The notes: generated from the sequence alone by a model not told the origin. A stretch of 64,000 bases of DNA from Candidatus Omnitrophota bacterium (GCA_035292445.1 DATDQB010000023.1:89533-153532); one strand, 5' to 3'. Numbered from the stretch's first letter, positions 47,769-58,763 are shown. Translations and numbers: made by a program.

Positions 47769-49377
47769 ATTGGGCGGCCCGTTTTAAAATCCGGATCCCA
47801 TAATTCGTGTTCCAGCCGGGCACGCGGTCCCAGCGGCCCAACTCCCACATCAATTTGAAGTTCTTTTCGAGGTATCGCGCCAATTGAGGAGAATTTGTTT
47901 TACCGAATGTGCCATGGCTTTCTTCGCTGGAGATGATGCGGTTGGAGGAGACAGCCCATCGGATCTTCTTGTTCTCCAGGTCTTGGACGGTTTGCGCATC
48001 CTGTTGGGGAGGGCTTTCCATGAAATCGAAGAACATAATTTGATGACTCGGACTGGTCCTGTCCAGTAAATAATAAAATAAAGGCTCAAAAGGAAAGGCG
48101 AAAAAGAGCTCATTTTCCTCCAACTCCCTATTCAGAATCCAGACAGTCTTTTGGACCGTATTGATCCATTCCGGTGAGTTGCCAAGAAGAACGCCTGCAC
48201 GTTCGACGCCGAGGAAATGCGAGGGATGGGCGCTTGATTCCATGATCTTAAAATTGTAATCCACTTTTTTTAATATTACCGCAAGCAACACAACAGCGAC
48301 AATGATGTTAAGAGTTTTGGGAAAGGTTTTCAGCGTTTGAGTCAGTAAGACAAAGAATGTTAAGACAAGAAACGGAAGCGCCCAAATTATTCGATAACGA
48401 TAATCCGCGTTGGCGGAAAGCATAAATTCATGCAGGTGGGTGAAAAAGAAAAGCGTAAGACAGATGAGCGTAATGTTAACGCACTTGCGTTCTTGAGGGT
48501 TGATTTTTTTTTGGCGTATCAGGAATGCCAAGAGAGACAGAAGAAATAAAATGAGAAAAACTCCGTTGCGTGGAGTGCGGGTAGCAAGAAGCCATAATAT
48601 TTTTAATGGTTTACTAATGCTTTGTGACAGCTCGATGGAGAATGGTCCGCCGGTTTTGGTGTGGGGGAAGCATTGTTTAATGACATAATCAGGCAAGCCG
48701 TTAATCAGGTAATAATAGATAAGGATTGTCAATAGTGGCAGAAGAATGAGAGAGACTCCATAAAAATTTTTTTTATTTTTAAAGGCGATGCCGTTATGTT
48801 TATTGATGATTAATACGCATAAAATGTAGCTGCCCCAGGCGCAAATGCTGAAATTTATTTTGACAAAGCTTAGCAGAAAAACGGTGAAAACGCCGATATA
48901 TAGGAAATAGGTCTTGGAGGTGTAAATATACTTTATTAAGGTAAAGGCAGCCAAAAATAATAAAAGAATACCGCCGGTATGAGAGTAGGTATGAGAAAAA
49001 TAGGGAAAAAAACCCCAAAAAGATATGGTTGAAAGAAATGACCAAAAGGGGTTGCTAAAGTGGCGTATGATGAAAAAGACGGTCAGGCCGCAAAAGAATT
49101 TTAATAAAGTTTCGGCAAAAAGGACCGAGAGAATGCTTACCCCAAGGCCTTTAAAGAAAAGAGCGTAATAGTAGGGCATAAGGGGCCCGTATTGCCAATG
49201 GTAATCGCGGTAAGGAATAGCGCCTTTGGCCGTCATCGAAAACGCATATAAATCGCGGCCGTGGTCGCCCTGGGCAAACATATCTTGATAAATCAGCGAA
49301 GGAAGAAGAAGTATTAACCCTGAGATTAGCGTTAAAATGAAAAAAATTCGTGATGATGACAAGGAAGAATATTTCAT
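47767..49377 (-). CDS. GT-C fold (ArnT/PMT-like) membrane glycosyltransferase
   Basis: GDHG..LY, PYRDY...YGP, K.NF, many TM helices. Confidence 0.7.
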   Translation of the reverse strand: MKYSSLSSSRIFFILTLISGLILLLPSLIYQDMFAQGDHGRDLYAFSMTAKGAIPYRDYHWQYGPLMPYYYALFFKGLGVSILSVLFAETLLKFFCGLTVFFIIRHFSNPFWSFLSTISFWGFFPYFSHTYSHTGGILLLFLAAFTLIKYIYTSKTYFLYIGVFTVFLLSFVKINFSICAWGSYILCVLIINKHNGIAFKNKKNFYGVSLILLPLLTILIYYYLINGLPDYVIKQCFPHTKTGGPFSIELSQSISKPLKILWLLATRTPRNGVFLILFLLSLLAFLIRQKKINPQERKCVNITLICLTLFFFTHLHEFMLSANADYRYRIIWALPFLVLTFFVLLTQTLKTFPKTLNIIVAVVLLAVILKKVDYNFKIMESSAHPSHFLGVERAGVLLGNSPEWINTVQKTVWILNRELEENELFFAFPFEPLFYYLLDRTSPSHQIMFFDFMESPPQQDAQTVQDLENKKIRWAVSSNRIISSEESHGTFGKTNSPQLARYLEKNFKLMWELGRWDRVPGWNTNYGIRILKRAAQ

Positions 49378-50306
49378 GATCGGTGAATGTTTGATTTACC
49401 AGGTCTTTTCGTTATTTCCAGGATGGTCTGAAAATAGCCCTTTTGGGGCATTAAGGAGGGGTCTTCTTTAATTAAGTTGTTGGTAGCTTTTTTCAGCACA
49501 TAATAGGGAACGCCGGGGATCTTATGATGGGTATAGTGTTCGCCAAAGCCATAGGCGCCCATGATAAAACGAGTTAGGGGAGTGCATTTAAAATTCCTTA
49601 ATGCCGCATAACCTTCATGAGCTTCCCTGGGGTCATATAACTGGTGCTCGGCAATGGCCCGCAAGTCGGCGATAAAGATCGTCAAGCTCATGACGCCATA
49701 GATATAAACGAAGAGATATGCTATAGAGGCGTTGAGAAAGGCGGGTATCCCCTCGCGTTGGCCGAATAGGTAAGAGCTCAGGATAAGAGATAAATAAAAG
49801 CCAAGCTGGATCAATAAGGTGCGCCGCTTCCAGCTTTTCTCGTGAGGATAAAGCTCATCGACAACAATCGAATCCAGTTGTTTAAAAAATTTTTTGAAAG
49901 CCTCTATCCCAAAAATACAGCGTAAGAAAAGAAAAAAAATGTGGCTGCCTTTGATATCAATAAGGTAAGTATCTTTAGTTTCACCTTCGACACCCAAATG
50001 TTTATGGTGCTCCCAGTGCCGCCGGCGATAGATATTAAAATTGGTAAATAAAAGGGGCGCAATGATATATTTCCCCAAGATTCTTGAACCCAGCTTTTCC
50101 TGAAAGACAAGGTAATGAGCGCATTCGTGCATCAGGTTGATGATGCCGTTCATGCCTAAGCCGAAAATCAGCCAAGCGGTGATCAGATGATAACCGGGGC
50201 CCCAAATGGCGCTGGCATAGACGGGCCCGAAGACGACCAAGAAATGGCCTGCCACGATAAGAAGGGAAATAAGATCGGGGCGTTTTTTAAGATATGCTTG
50301 TTCCAT
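49374..50306 (-). CDS. Fatty acid desaturase family protein
   Basis: His boxes HECAH, HWEHH and EHYTHH..PGVP. Confidence 0.88.
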   Translation of the reverse strand: MEQAYLKKRPDLISLLIVAGHFLVVFGPVYASAIWGPGYHLITAWLIFGLGMNGIINLMHECAHYLVFQEKLGSRILGKYIIAPLLFTNFNIYRRRHWEHHKHLGVEGETKDTYLIDIKGSHIFFLFLRCIFGIEAFKKFFKQLDSIVVDELYPHEKSWKRRTLLIQLGFYLSLILSSYLFGQREGIPAFLNASIAYLFVYIYGVMSLTIFIADLRAIAEHQLYDPREAHEGYAALRNFKCTPLTRFIMGAYGFGEHYTHHKIPGVPYYVLKKATNNLIKEDPSLMPQKGYFQTILEITKRPGKSNIHRS

Positions 50307-50307
50307 G

Positions 50308-51201
50308 CTATTTTTGTGCCTGAAAGTTTATAATTCCAGGCTGTCCTGACAGAAGGTCAATAGGATAAAGCAGGGCTGCCAGCAGGGCAACAAAAAGCCA
50401 GAGGAAACCCTGACGGGCGATGCGCCCGGGGCGGTTCCCCTGAGGCAACGAAGCCAAGCTTACCGCAATCCCGCCGGGATTAAAGCCGCCATAGACACGG
50501 GAGTTGATCAATTCAGACCTTTTCAATATTTTTTCCATGCCTTTTTGGGAGAATATTACCGTATGGCGCGGCGCGTGAAACCCACTCCACTTTGTTTGAA
50601 AGATCTTATATTCTAGCGAATCCGTGGCCGGTGTTTGGCCGATAAAGAATCCGCCAGGGCTCAATTTTTCATAGAGGGCCTTAATGACCGTATAGGGATC
50701 CGGCAGATGCTCGATGACATGGTGCATGGTAATCAGATCAACCTCTGGCAGCTCTTTAATAAGGTTTTCCAGGCGGCCTTTAATTATAACAGCACGTTTA
50801 TCAACAAGATGAATAATTTCCTTTTCAGCTTGGACTTCATAGCCGATAAAGGTAGCCTTCGGATTTTGCCGTGCGGCAAATTGAAGGAAAGAGCCGCCGC
50901 CGCAACCGTAGTCGAGCATGGTGAAGGTATCTTTTTTAAGAAGCGAAACGATCGATTTAAGTCGTTGTGAATGTTTTAAATAGGTAAAAATATTGTTGGC
51001 ATCAAAGCTGTGATAATCATGCGGGTAATAAGAGGCAAGGGTCGCTTCATCCGGCATCGGATGCTGGTAGAACGAATGGCATTCGGCGCATTGGTTGTAG
51101 GTTGCCCGGATATCGAGGGCATATTCATGGTCAACAACGGAAACGGATCGCAGCACAGATAAAGACAAACACGCCGGGCAGGCGGTTTTTGAAACGTTCA
51201 T
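50308..51201 (-). CDS. Class I SAM methyltransferase with N-terminal Zn motif
   Basis: CPAC...CAEC, LDYGCGGG, HVIEHL.DP, PRH; start placed at the ATGA overlap 51201. Confidence 0.88.
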   Translation of the reverse strand: MNVSKTACPACLSLSVLRSVSVVDHEYALDIRATYNQCAECHSFYQHPMPDEATLASYYPHDYHSFDANNIFTYLKHSQRLKSIVSLLKKDTFTMLDYGCGGGSFLQFAARQNPKATFIGYEVQAEKEIIHLVDKRAVIIKGRLENLIKELPEVDLITMHHVIEHLPDPYTVIKALYEKLSPGGFFIGQTPATDSLEYKIFQTKWSGFHAPRHTVIFSQKGMEKILKRSELINSRVYGGFNPGGIAVSLASLPQGNRPGRIARQGFLWLFVALLAALLYPIDLLSGQPGIINFQAQK

Positions 51202-52814
51202 TGAGAGGAGTCCTTGCGTTTTAAAATGCGTGTTCCGTGATGCCACGCCCAACTGGGCCGAGGCGTCCATTCCCCGAACTGCGTTACCATCTCAAAATGC
51301 TCTTCGATGTATTGGGCCAATAGGGGGCAATAATCGGTACCGAAAATACCCAGGCCGATTTCATCGGTAATGGCACGGTTCGAGACGACGATCCAATTGA
51401 CGTGATGCTGTTCGAGAGAGTCTATGATATCCATTTCCTGATCTTTAGTGATATTAAGAAAACCGAATAACGCCAATTGACGGTTCGGGCTTTTGCGGTC
51501 AACGAGATAATAATATAGCGGCTCATAAGGAAGCGCAAAAAAAAGTTCATCTTCTTTCAGGTGCTCTTGAAGGAAAAGGGTCGTTTTAATGACGGTCTGG
51601 GGCCAGGGGGTCATATTGTTGACAAAGATTTTTGCTTTTTCGAACGGGATGTAAAACCACGGCTGGCGGTTGGCGTGCATCCTGATCTGGAGCGTGTAGA
51701 ATTGGAACAAGCAGGCAAGAAGGACAACGCCTGTTAATGTGTGTTGAACAAAGGTGGGGATGTGCCGGGCAAAAAGCCCGATGGCCAGAAACATAAAGAC
51801 GATAATTAAAGGAAAGGAATGAAAGCTGCGGAAATAGATCCCGCTTATGAGGAATTCATGAAGATTGACGGCGTAAAAGACCATCGTGACCGCCAGAATT
51901 AAAAGGAAGGGTCTTACGCCGAATTCCTTCAAACGCCCTTTCTTGATTTGGTAAATATTAGCGATACCGGTAATGACGACGATGGTGCATACCAGTTCGC
52001 TGTACCAGCTTTTCACAATACTTTTATAGGCAATATCAATAAGATAAATGACGGCAGTAACGAGGTTTGGATAGTACGCCTTGACGGCATCGTCACCAAA
52101 ATATTGGTAACATTGCCGGATAATATAAAAGGGAAGGCCGTAGACAAAAACGGCGTTTGAAAGAATAATGAAAAGCGGCGTTAAAACAAGCATCCAGATA
52201 TAAAAAATGAGGGGAAGGGGTTTCCTCTGGCAGAGGCTGATAAGAAGAACGCACAGGAAGATTCCCAGTAAAAGCGAGAAACCGAAATTGAGTTTGATCA
52301 ATCCGGCGAGAAGACAGCTAAGAAGGCCAAGGTAGAGGGCTCTTACTTTGCCGAAACGCAGGTAATGAAAGACGCAATAGAGGGCCAGCAAAGAGGCTGT
52401 AATGATCCCATCGTGATTATAAGTGTAAAAGTAAGGCTTACCGAAGACCCAAAACCAGGCGCTGCCGGTGAAAGAGAGAAAAGGGTTTAAGAAAAGGCTT
52501 AAGCAGGCGAAGACCAGCAAGCCGCTTAAGAGGGTAAGGAAATTTTGGCCGATGAGGACGCTGATGATGTTATTTCCGAAGATCTTAAGGAACGCCCCGT
52601 AATAATAGGGCATGGCGGGCCCGTAGAAATAGTGATAATCGTGAAAGGGGCGTTCGCCGCGTAAGGTGGCCTCCGCCGCATACAAAACAAGCCCGTGATC
52701 GCCGGTTGAGAGGGTGTGTTGATAATCGATAAAAGAGGATAAAAGAATGGCCCCGGTCACCAGGGCGATAAACAGGAAGGCTCCCCGTGATGTAATGGCG
52801 TTTTTTGTCATCAT
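51198..52814 (-). CDS. GT-C fold membrane glycosyltransferase, paralog of 47767..49377
   Basis: Shares GDHG, YGP.MPYYY, LHEF, ELFFA.P.EPL.YYL.DR.SP and G.RILKR. Confidence 0.7.
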   Translation of the reverse strand: MMTKNAITSRGAFLFIALVTGAILLSSFIDYQHTLSTGDHGLVLYAAEATLRGERPFHDYHYFYGPAMPYYYGAFLKIFGNNIISVLIGQNFLTLLSGLLVFACLSLFLNPFLSFTGSAWFWVFGKPYFYTYNHDGIITASLLALYCVFHYLRFGKVRALYLGLLSCLLAGLIKLNFGFSLLLGIFLCVLLISLCQRKPLPLIFYIWMLVLTPLFIILSNAVFVYGLPFYIIRQCYQYFGDDAVKAYYPNLVTAVIYLIDIAYKSIVKSWYSELVCTIVVITGIANIYQIKKGRLKEFGVRPFLLILAVTMVFYAVNLHEFLISGIYFRSFHSFPLIIVFMFLAIGLFARHIPTFVQHTLTGVVLLACLFQFYTLQIRMHANRQPWFYIPFEKAKIFVNNMTPWPQTVIKTTLFLQEHLKEDELFFALPYEPLYYYLVDRKSPNRQLALFGFLNITKDQEMDIIDSLEQHHVNWIVVSNRAITDEIGLGIFGTDYCPLLAQYIEEHFEMVTQFGEWTPRPSWAWHHGTRILKRKDSSQ

Positions 52815-52982
52815 TTTCCTCGGTTGAGTACCATTGTATCAAAAGGGCCATGTGAATAAAGGCAAATCATTGATTTTGCACCGTCCAAAGAGCCAGCCGC
52901 CATCAATCGTTGCTCCCGTTGTTATTGCTTGTGTTGCCCAGGGCGGTGTGATAAGATTTTTTCCTTAACAGAGCAGTTTCTT

Positions 52983-55379
52983 ATGTCATTCAAAAATCCC
53001 TCAGAAAAATCCTTTCCTTTTCAACCGTTCGCTTTTTTCCTTCTATTCAGCGTTATTTTTCATCTTGACAAGATTATTATGGGGCCGTTTGGCCTGGCCC
53101 ATGTACAGGATTCCTTTGATATGTTATATACGCGTTTTATGGCCGTGGCGCGGCTTATTAAAGAACACGGGCTTATAACATGGTTTCCGAATTTATTTGC
53201 CGGAATGCCGGTTAGCGCCGATCACACAACGCCCTTTTATATTTTCACCTTGTTAAATACGCTGCTGCCGATGTGGCTCATTCACCATGGGGTAAGAATT
53301 GCTTTTTCCGTCCTATCAGGATGGGGCATGTATTTGCTTTTGAAGAGGTATTTTAACGTATCGCGTGAGATCGCTTTTTGTTTGGGTATTATTTTTTGTT
53401 TGATAGGTCAGTACGGCACTGTGGTTAAGGGGTTTAATTTCTTATTTCCGATATTTTGGGTGTGCTTGTTGAACTGTCTGGCCAAAGAAAGCACTCGTTC
53501 GGCCAGGGTCCTTTCTGCCGTTTTGCTTCTTTTGCTCTTTTGGACCTCTTTCCCCGTGCTGACGTTACCCTATTTTTCCGTGGTCAGCTGCATGATGCTT
53601 TTTTTCCATCCGGATTATAAAAAATATAACCTCAGCTATTTGAAAATCATTGTTATCTGGGGCTGTTATTTTTTAATGGCGCTTCCGCTTATTTATGAGC
53701 TATTGGACTTTGTTCAGTATAAGCAAAGGGAATATCAATTTACCGCCAGCTATATAGAATTTTTTATAGAACGTATTCAGATAGTCTATGCCTATTTTTT
53801 CGACTTAAAATTTAGCAGTCTCGTTATTTTATTCTTAGGTTTTTTTCGGGTGGACCGCCACTTAAGAAGATTTTCGGGCCTGGTCCTGTTCCCATTATTA
53901 TTTTTAGTTCCATTTATCCCGCCGTACCCTCCTTTTTTTAAAAATACCTTTTTACCACAGTTGGATTTGTTTCATTTTAAAGAGATTTCGGCGCTCATGG
54001 CCTTTATTCTTGCAGGCCTTTTATTGCAGAAAGCCAGGTTTGAGGGAAAAGGGATAATGGCCTATTGGAAAACGTTCCCATTGGCTCTTTTGTGGTTGGC
54101 TTTACATATTAAAGCCGGACCTTTAACGGATCCGGAGCTTATCGTAGAGATTTTTGTTTTTCTGGGGGTGGTTTTATGGCTTTTTCTTATTCAGATAAAT
54201 AAGGCCACAAGAAAAATGCTTGTTTGCTCCGGGTTAGCGGGACTTCTTATTTTGGGAATTTTTTATAAATTAAAAACCCTTAACTGGGAGCACCAGCCGT
54301 ATCTGCGTTTGTATTACGAAAGTAAAACCCTTGATAAGCTTAGACAGGAACTCAAAGAATCTCCGTTTCGGGTGGCCTCGTTTGATTCGCTTGCCAATGT
54401 CGTAAGCGCGCAAGGCCTGGAATCCGTGAGCGGAAGGTCCCTTTTACAGCCGCAGGCCTATAAGGACCTATTTGAATGGCTGATTTCCCCACAGCTTGAC
54501 ACTTCAGAGAAGACGCAGCAATACAGGGAATATTGGTATCAGATTTATTTAAGAGATTATCGGTTTATTCCCAAAAGCGATGAGCGGATCTCTATCCCCA
54601 AGCAATTGAATTGGAATGCCTTACTTCTGCTTAATACAAAATACCTTGTAGCTCCTTATTACGATGAGTCGATGGCAGCGTATTCCAAGAACGTAGAGAC
54701 TATTCGCCAAGCGCATTGTGAAGATAATTACAAAAAAGGGTTAACAGGGTGGTTGCTGGATCGAAAATTGGAACAAAAAAAGATCAAGGCCATAACGGAT
54801 AAGTTGAAAATGAGCAGCTATGGCTACACGTATGACAGCATTTATGACCTTCTTTTTTGTCCCGAATATACCCTTTATGAGCTCAACGATTATTTTGAAC
54901 GTGCCTACCTTGTCGACAATGTTAAGGTTCTGGCGACGTCCGAAGATATGCTTGCCGCCCTTAAAGAAGCGACTGTAGACGAATTAAGGTCAACGGTTTA
55001 CTTTTCCGAAGACGCGAATATCATTCACCGAAAGGATGAGCCTGCCACTTCAACCAAGTTTACTGGAAATGTGAGATTCAGGAAATACTCGCCTGATGAG
55101 ATTATTCTTGAAGGTCATACTTCCGAACCGACATACTTGATTGTTTCCAACAGTTATTATCACAAGTGGGTCGCGACTTTAAATGGAAAAGTTACTCCGA
55201 TTTACCGGGCCAATCACGCGTTCCAGGGGATATGGATCAATCAAGCGGGCGAGTTTGCCTTGCGTTTGGAATATGTGAATCCGGCCTTTTACTGGCTTAA
55301 TCTATTTGGGGTTGTGGGAACGATAATTTTAGTGGTATCATTGTGCCGGCAGCCCAATATTCCTCTTCCCATAAGCTAA
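52983..55379 (+). CDS. YfhO-like polytopic membrane protein
   Basis: W.P..FAGMP, many TMs, C-terminal YY..W.A..NG....IYRANHAFQGI. Confidence 0.7.
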   Translation: MSFKNPSEKSFPFQPFAFFLLFSVIFHLDKIIMGPFGLAHVQDSFDMLYTRFMAVARLIKEHGLITWFPNLFAGMPVSADHTTPFYIFTLLNTLLPMWLIHHGVRIAFSVLSGWGMYLLLKRYFNVSREIAFCLGIIFCLIGQYGTVVKGFNFLFPIFWVCLLNCLAKESTRSARVLSAVLLLLLFWTSFPVLTLPYFSVVSCMMLFFHPDYKKYNLSYLKIIVIWGCYFLMALPLIYELLDFVQYKQREYQFTASYIEFFIERIQIVYAYFFDLKFSSLVILFLGFFRVDRHLRRFSGLVLFPLLFLVPFIPPYPPFFKNTFLPQLDLFHFKEISALMAFILAGLLLQKARFEGKGIMAYWKTFPLALLWLALHIKAGPLTDPELIVEIFVFLGVVLWLFLIQINKATRKMLVCSGLAGLLILGIFYKLKTLNWEHQPYLRLYYESKTLDKLRQELKESPFRVASFDSLANVVSAQGLESVSGRSLLQPQAYKDLFEWLISPQLDTSEKTQQYREYWYQIYLRDYRFIPKSDERISIPKQLNWNALLLLNTKYLVAPYYDESMAAYSKNVETIRQAHCEDNYKKGLTGWLLDRKLEQKKIKAITDKLKMSSYGYTYDSIYDLLFCPEYTLYELNDYFERAYLVDNVKVLATSEDMLAALKEATVDELRSTVYFSEDANIIHRKDEPATSTKFTGNVRFRKYSPDEIILEGHTSEPTYLIVSNSYYHKWVATLNGKVTPIYRANHAFQGIWINQAGEFALRLEYVNPAFYWLNLFGVVGTIILVVSLCRQPNIPLPIS

Positions 55380-55441
55380 AAGACGGGCAAATTATTTTTA
55401 ACCGCAACGATTAAGAACAAAAGGATAAAAAGGGGTTATTC

Positions 55442-55762
55442 ATGATTACCATCGATGATTTTAAAAAGCTCGATCTGATTATTGCCCAAATTAAGGAAGT
55501 CCAAGACCATCCTAACGCCGACAAACTATATGTGGTGAAGATCGATACTGGCAGCGAGATCAAGCAGTTGGTGGCCGGGATCAAAAAATCTTACTCCAAG
55601 GAAGAACTGATCGGTAAACGCGTTGTCGTCGTCAATAACCTTGAGCCGGCGACCATCCGTGGGGAGGTTTCCAACGGAATGCTTTTGGCGGCCACCGATG
55701 AAAAGGGAGTTGTCATCTTAATAACCGAAAAAGAAGTCGCTTTAGGAAGCAAGGTGAAATAA
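55442..55762 (+). CDS. Stand-alone tRNA-binding OB-fold (MetRS beta subunit / Trbp111-like)
   Basis: ITIDDF.KLDL, HPNADKL, NLEPA.IRG..SNGMLLAA. Confidence 0.92.
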   Translation: MITIDDFKKLDLIIAQIKEVQDHPNADKLYVVKIDTGSEIKQLVAGIKKSYSKEELIGKRVVVVNNLEPATIRGEVSNGMLLAATDEKGVVILITEKEVALGSKVK

Positions 55763-55763
55763 C

Positions 55764-56507
55764 GTGAGCGTCGTATCAATCATCATCCCCGCCAAGAACG
55801 AAGCCAAGAATATCGGCTCCACCGTCAACGGCATTCGCGAGGCTTTTAAGAAAGAAAACATTGCCTACGATATCATTGTCATCAATGACGGCAGTACGGA
55901 CGGGACCGGGAAAGTCATTAAGTATATGGCGGATGAGGACCCCAACGTGCGCATTATCCGTAACCGGGAGCCTTTCGGTTTTGGCAACGCTATAAGAAAG
56001 GGCCTGGAGGAATATCGCGGCGATATCGTGATCATCGCCATGGCGGATGCCTCCGACAACCCGGCCGACATGATCCGTTATGCCCGGGAGGTTTGGGTAG
56101 GAGCAGATTGCTGTTTCGGTACTCGCTGGTGCAAAGAGGCCAAGGTGGAAGGGTATCCCGTTTTAAAATATTTTTTGAATCGCATCGTCAACGGTTTTAT
56201 CAACCTTTTATTCGGGCTTCATTATAACGATACGACCAATGCGTTTAAATGTTATTCCCGTCAGACGATCGAGGGAATTAAGCCGATCGTCGCCCGGCAT
56301 TTTAATATCACGGTTGAAATGCCGCTTAAGGCCGTTGTGCGCGGGTACAGTTACAAAGTGATTCCCACCAGCTGGCAGGAACGTAAAAAAGGCATTTCCA
56401 AATTGAAAATACAGGAGATGGGCAGCCGTTATCTTTTTATCATTCTTTATGTTTTTCTTGAACGGCTGTTGTGTGGCAGTGATTACAAAAAGGGTGAGAA
56501 AAAATGA
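55764..56507 (+). CDS. GT2 glycosyltransferase (polyprenol-phosphate sugar synthase-like)
   Basis: SIIIPAKNE, INDGSTDGT, MADASD, R..G.SK. Confidence 0.9.
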   Translation: MSVVSIIIPAKNEAKNIGSTVNGIREAFKKENIAYDIIVINDGSTDGTGKVIKYMADEDPNVRIIRNREPFGFGNAIRKGLEEYRGDIVIIAMADASDNPADMIRYAREVWVGADCCFGTRWCKEAKVEGYPVLKYFLNRIVNGFINLLFGLHYNDTTNAFKCYSRQTIEGIKPIVARHFNITVEMPLKAVVRGYSYKVIPTSWQERKKGISKLKIQEMGSRYLFIILYVFLERLLCGSDYKKGEKK

Positions 56508-57919
56508 TCAGGAAAGTATACGATCTTCCTTGCTCCAGCGCTGGGCTTCTCACGCTTTTTTACAGTGAGCCCCATGTGTTTTTACTGGACAGCAGCATGT
56601 TCGAGAAAGAGCGCGGCCGTTATTCGATGCTCGGGTTTGATCCGTTCTATGTTTATCAACATAAAGGTAAAGGCAGCCTTGATAAACTCAAGGAGAAATT
56701 TTATCAATATGGCACGCCCCAACAAAAAAGCGACGTCCCCTTCAGTTGCGGCATGGTGGGATTCTTGGGCTATGATTACGGGCTTTATCAGGAAAATATT
56801 CCCCTTAAGGCCACCGACGACCTTCAGCTACCCGATTGTTTTTTCGGTTTTTATGACTGTGTTCTGGTCATCGACCATTTGAAAAATCAATTGATGGTGG
56901 CCGCAACCGGTTATCCCGAAAAGAATTCTTATTATCAGGAAGCCAAGATCAAGGACCGGCTGGATTTCATTGAGAAACGATTGTCCGTTCTTGGGGAAAG
57001 GACTTATGGTTCCGAGGATTGTTTTGGTGGGGCGCCTGCGGATCATGAGTTAAAGAGCAATTTTACCAGAGACCAATATATCCAGGCCGTTACGAAAGCG
57101 CTGCGCTATATCGAGGCAGGTGATATTTATCAGGTCAATCTTTCGCAACGGTTTTCTTTCGAAGCGCCTTTTAAGCTTGATCCCGTGAATGTTTATCAGG
57201 CGTTGCGGCGGCTTTCGCCGTCTTCTTTCGGCGGGTATTTTCAGGCCGGGAAATTTCAGATCATCAGCAGCTCTCCCGAGCGGTTTTTGTGTTTGCGCGA
57301 CGACCAGGTGCATACCCGCCCCATGAAAGGCACCCGGCCCCGGGGGAATACAAAACAGGAAGACGAAAAGTTTAGACGCGAGATCATGGAAAGCCCTAAA
57401 GACAAAGCGGAGTTATTGATGATAACCGATCTGGAGCGTAACGATCTGGGGCGCGTGTGCGAATACGGCTCGATCCGCGTCAAGGACATGAGGTCCATCG
57501 AGGCCTATAAAACTGTTTATCAGGCCACCTCGACCGTTGAGGGAAAGTTAAAGAAAGATAAAGATGGATTTGATCTTTTACAGGCTTGTTTTCCCGGCGG
57601 TTCGGTTACGGGTTGCCCGAAGATCAGGGCCATGGAAATTATCGAAGAACTGGAGCCGACGCGACGCGGGATTTATACAGGGTCTTTGGGATATATGGAC
57701 TTTAACGGCAATATGGATTTCAATATTTTAATCAGAACGCTTCTGACAAAAGGCCATAAAGCCCACTTTCAGGTCGGCGGCGGCATTGTGGCCGATTCGA
57801 CCGCCATCGGAGAATACGAAGAAACGTTGATCAAAGCCAAAGCGATGAAAGCGGCCCTCTTTCATGGCCCCTTGCGGCCTTCTCTGAAAGAGCCTTCACT
57901 ATATTCGCCAGCCTTATAA
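56504..57919 (+). CDS. pabB: Aminodeoxychorismate synthase component I
   Basis: GDIYQVNLSQR, SSSPERFL, PMKGTRPR, KDKAELLMITDLERNDLG, FPGGSVTGCPK. Confidence 0.9.
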   Translation: MIRKVYDLPCSSAGLLTLFYSEPHVFLLDSSMFEKERGRYSMLGFDPFYVYQHKGKGSLDKLKEKFYQYGTPQQKSDVPFSCGMVGFLGYDYGLYQENIPLKATDDLQLPDCFFGFYDCVLVIDHLKNQLMVAATGYPEKNSYYQEAKIKDRLDFIEKRLSVLGERTYGSEDCFGGAPADHELKSNFTRDQYIQAVTKALRYIEAGDIYQVNLSQRFSFEAPFKLDPVNVYQALRRLSPSSFGGYFQAGKFQIISSSPERFLCLRDDQVHTRPMKGTRPRGNTKQEDEKFRREIMESPKDKAELLMITDLERNDLGRVCEYGSIRVKDMRSIEAYKTVYQATSTVEGKLKKDKDGFDLLQACFPGGSVTGCPKIRAMEIIEELEPTRRGIYTGSLGYMDFNGNMDFNILIRTLLTKGHKAHFQVGGGIVADSTAIGEYEETLIKAKAMKAALFHGPLRPSLKEPSLYSPAL

Positions 57920-57926
57920 ACAAACG

Positions 57927-58763
57927 ATGCCTCTCACCATTTATTTAAACAAAAATTATATTAAGGTCGATGGCGCCACTTTTGAGGCGCTTCTTCCGGG
58001 AAATCTTGAGGGGGAGGGGGCCTTTGAGACGATGCGCTCCTACGATGGAAAGATTTTCGCTTTTGACGACCACATGAAGCGGCTTAAGCGCGGATTAAAA
58101 CATTTTCATATGATAATCCCTTTATCCGGGAAACAGATCCTGTGGGTGATCAATGAATTAAGCCGTCGGAACAAATTAAAAAACGCCCGCGTGAGGGTTA
58201 TCGTCTGGCGCCACAATAATCAAAAGTTTATATCCATCAGTTGCCAACCTCTTAAGCTTCCGTCATCGAAGAAATACAAGACAGGTTTTAATGTGATGAC
58301 GGCGCGTTATGGGCGCAGCCGGCAGGGGAAATCCGATGTCAAATCCATCGATTATCGGATGTTACGGAAGATTTTTAGGGAAGCCCAATCAAAGGGGTTT
58401 GATGAAGCCGTCTTATTGAACGGCAAAGGCGAGATCGTGGAAGGTACGCGCACCAACGTGTTCTTTGTTCATAATGGGCGCCTGTACACACCGGCCCTTG
58501 GTTGCGGTTGTTTGAACGGCATCACACGGCAGAAAGTCATCCAATGCGCCCGTTCACGTAAGATCCCGGTCAAAGCGGCCAGAGCGCCGCTCAAGCAGCT
58601 TATGTCTTGCGACGAAGCGTTCTTGACCGGCTCAACGCTGGAAGTGATGCCGGTTCGAAGCGTTGACGGAAGGCCGATCGGGAAAGGCAAGACCAAAAAA
58701 TTCACCCAAGCCATTCAATCGGCCTATCGTTCGCTGGTCCGCCGCGAGTTGGCGCGGCGGTGA
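57927..58763 (+). CDS. Class IV aminotransferase / aminodeoxychorismate lyase-like
   Basis: G.FETMR, H..RL, VKS, EGT.TN.F, L.GITR; adjacent to pabB. Confidence 0.88.
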   Translation: MPLTIYLNKNYIKVDGATFEALLPGNLEGEGAFETMRSYDGKIFAFDDHMKRLKRGLKHFHMIIPLSGKQILWVINELSRRNKLKNARVRVIVWRHNNQKFISISCQPLKLPSSKKYKTGFNVMTARYGRSRQGKSDVKSIDYRMLRKIFREAQSKGFDEAVLLNGKGEIVEGTRTNVFFVHNGRLYTPALGCGCLNGITRQKVIQCARSRKIPVKAARAPLKQLMSCDEAFLTGSTLEVMPVRSVDGRPIGKGKTKKFTQAIQSAYRSLVRRELARR

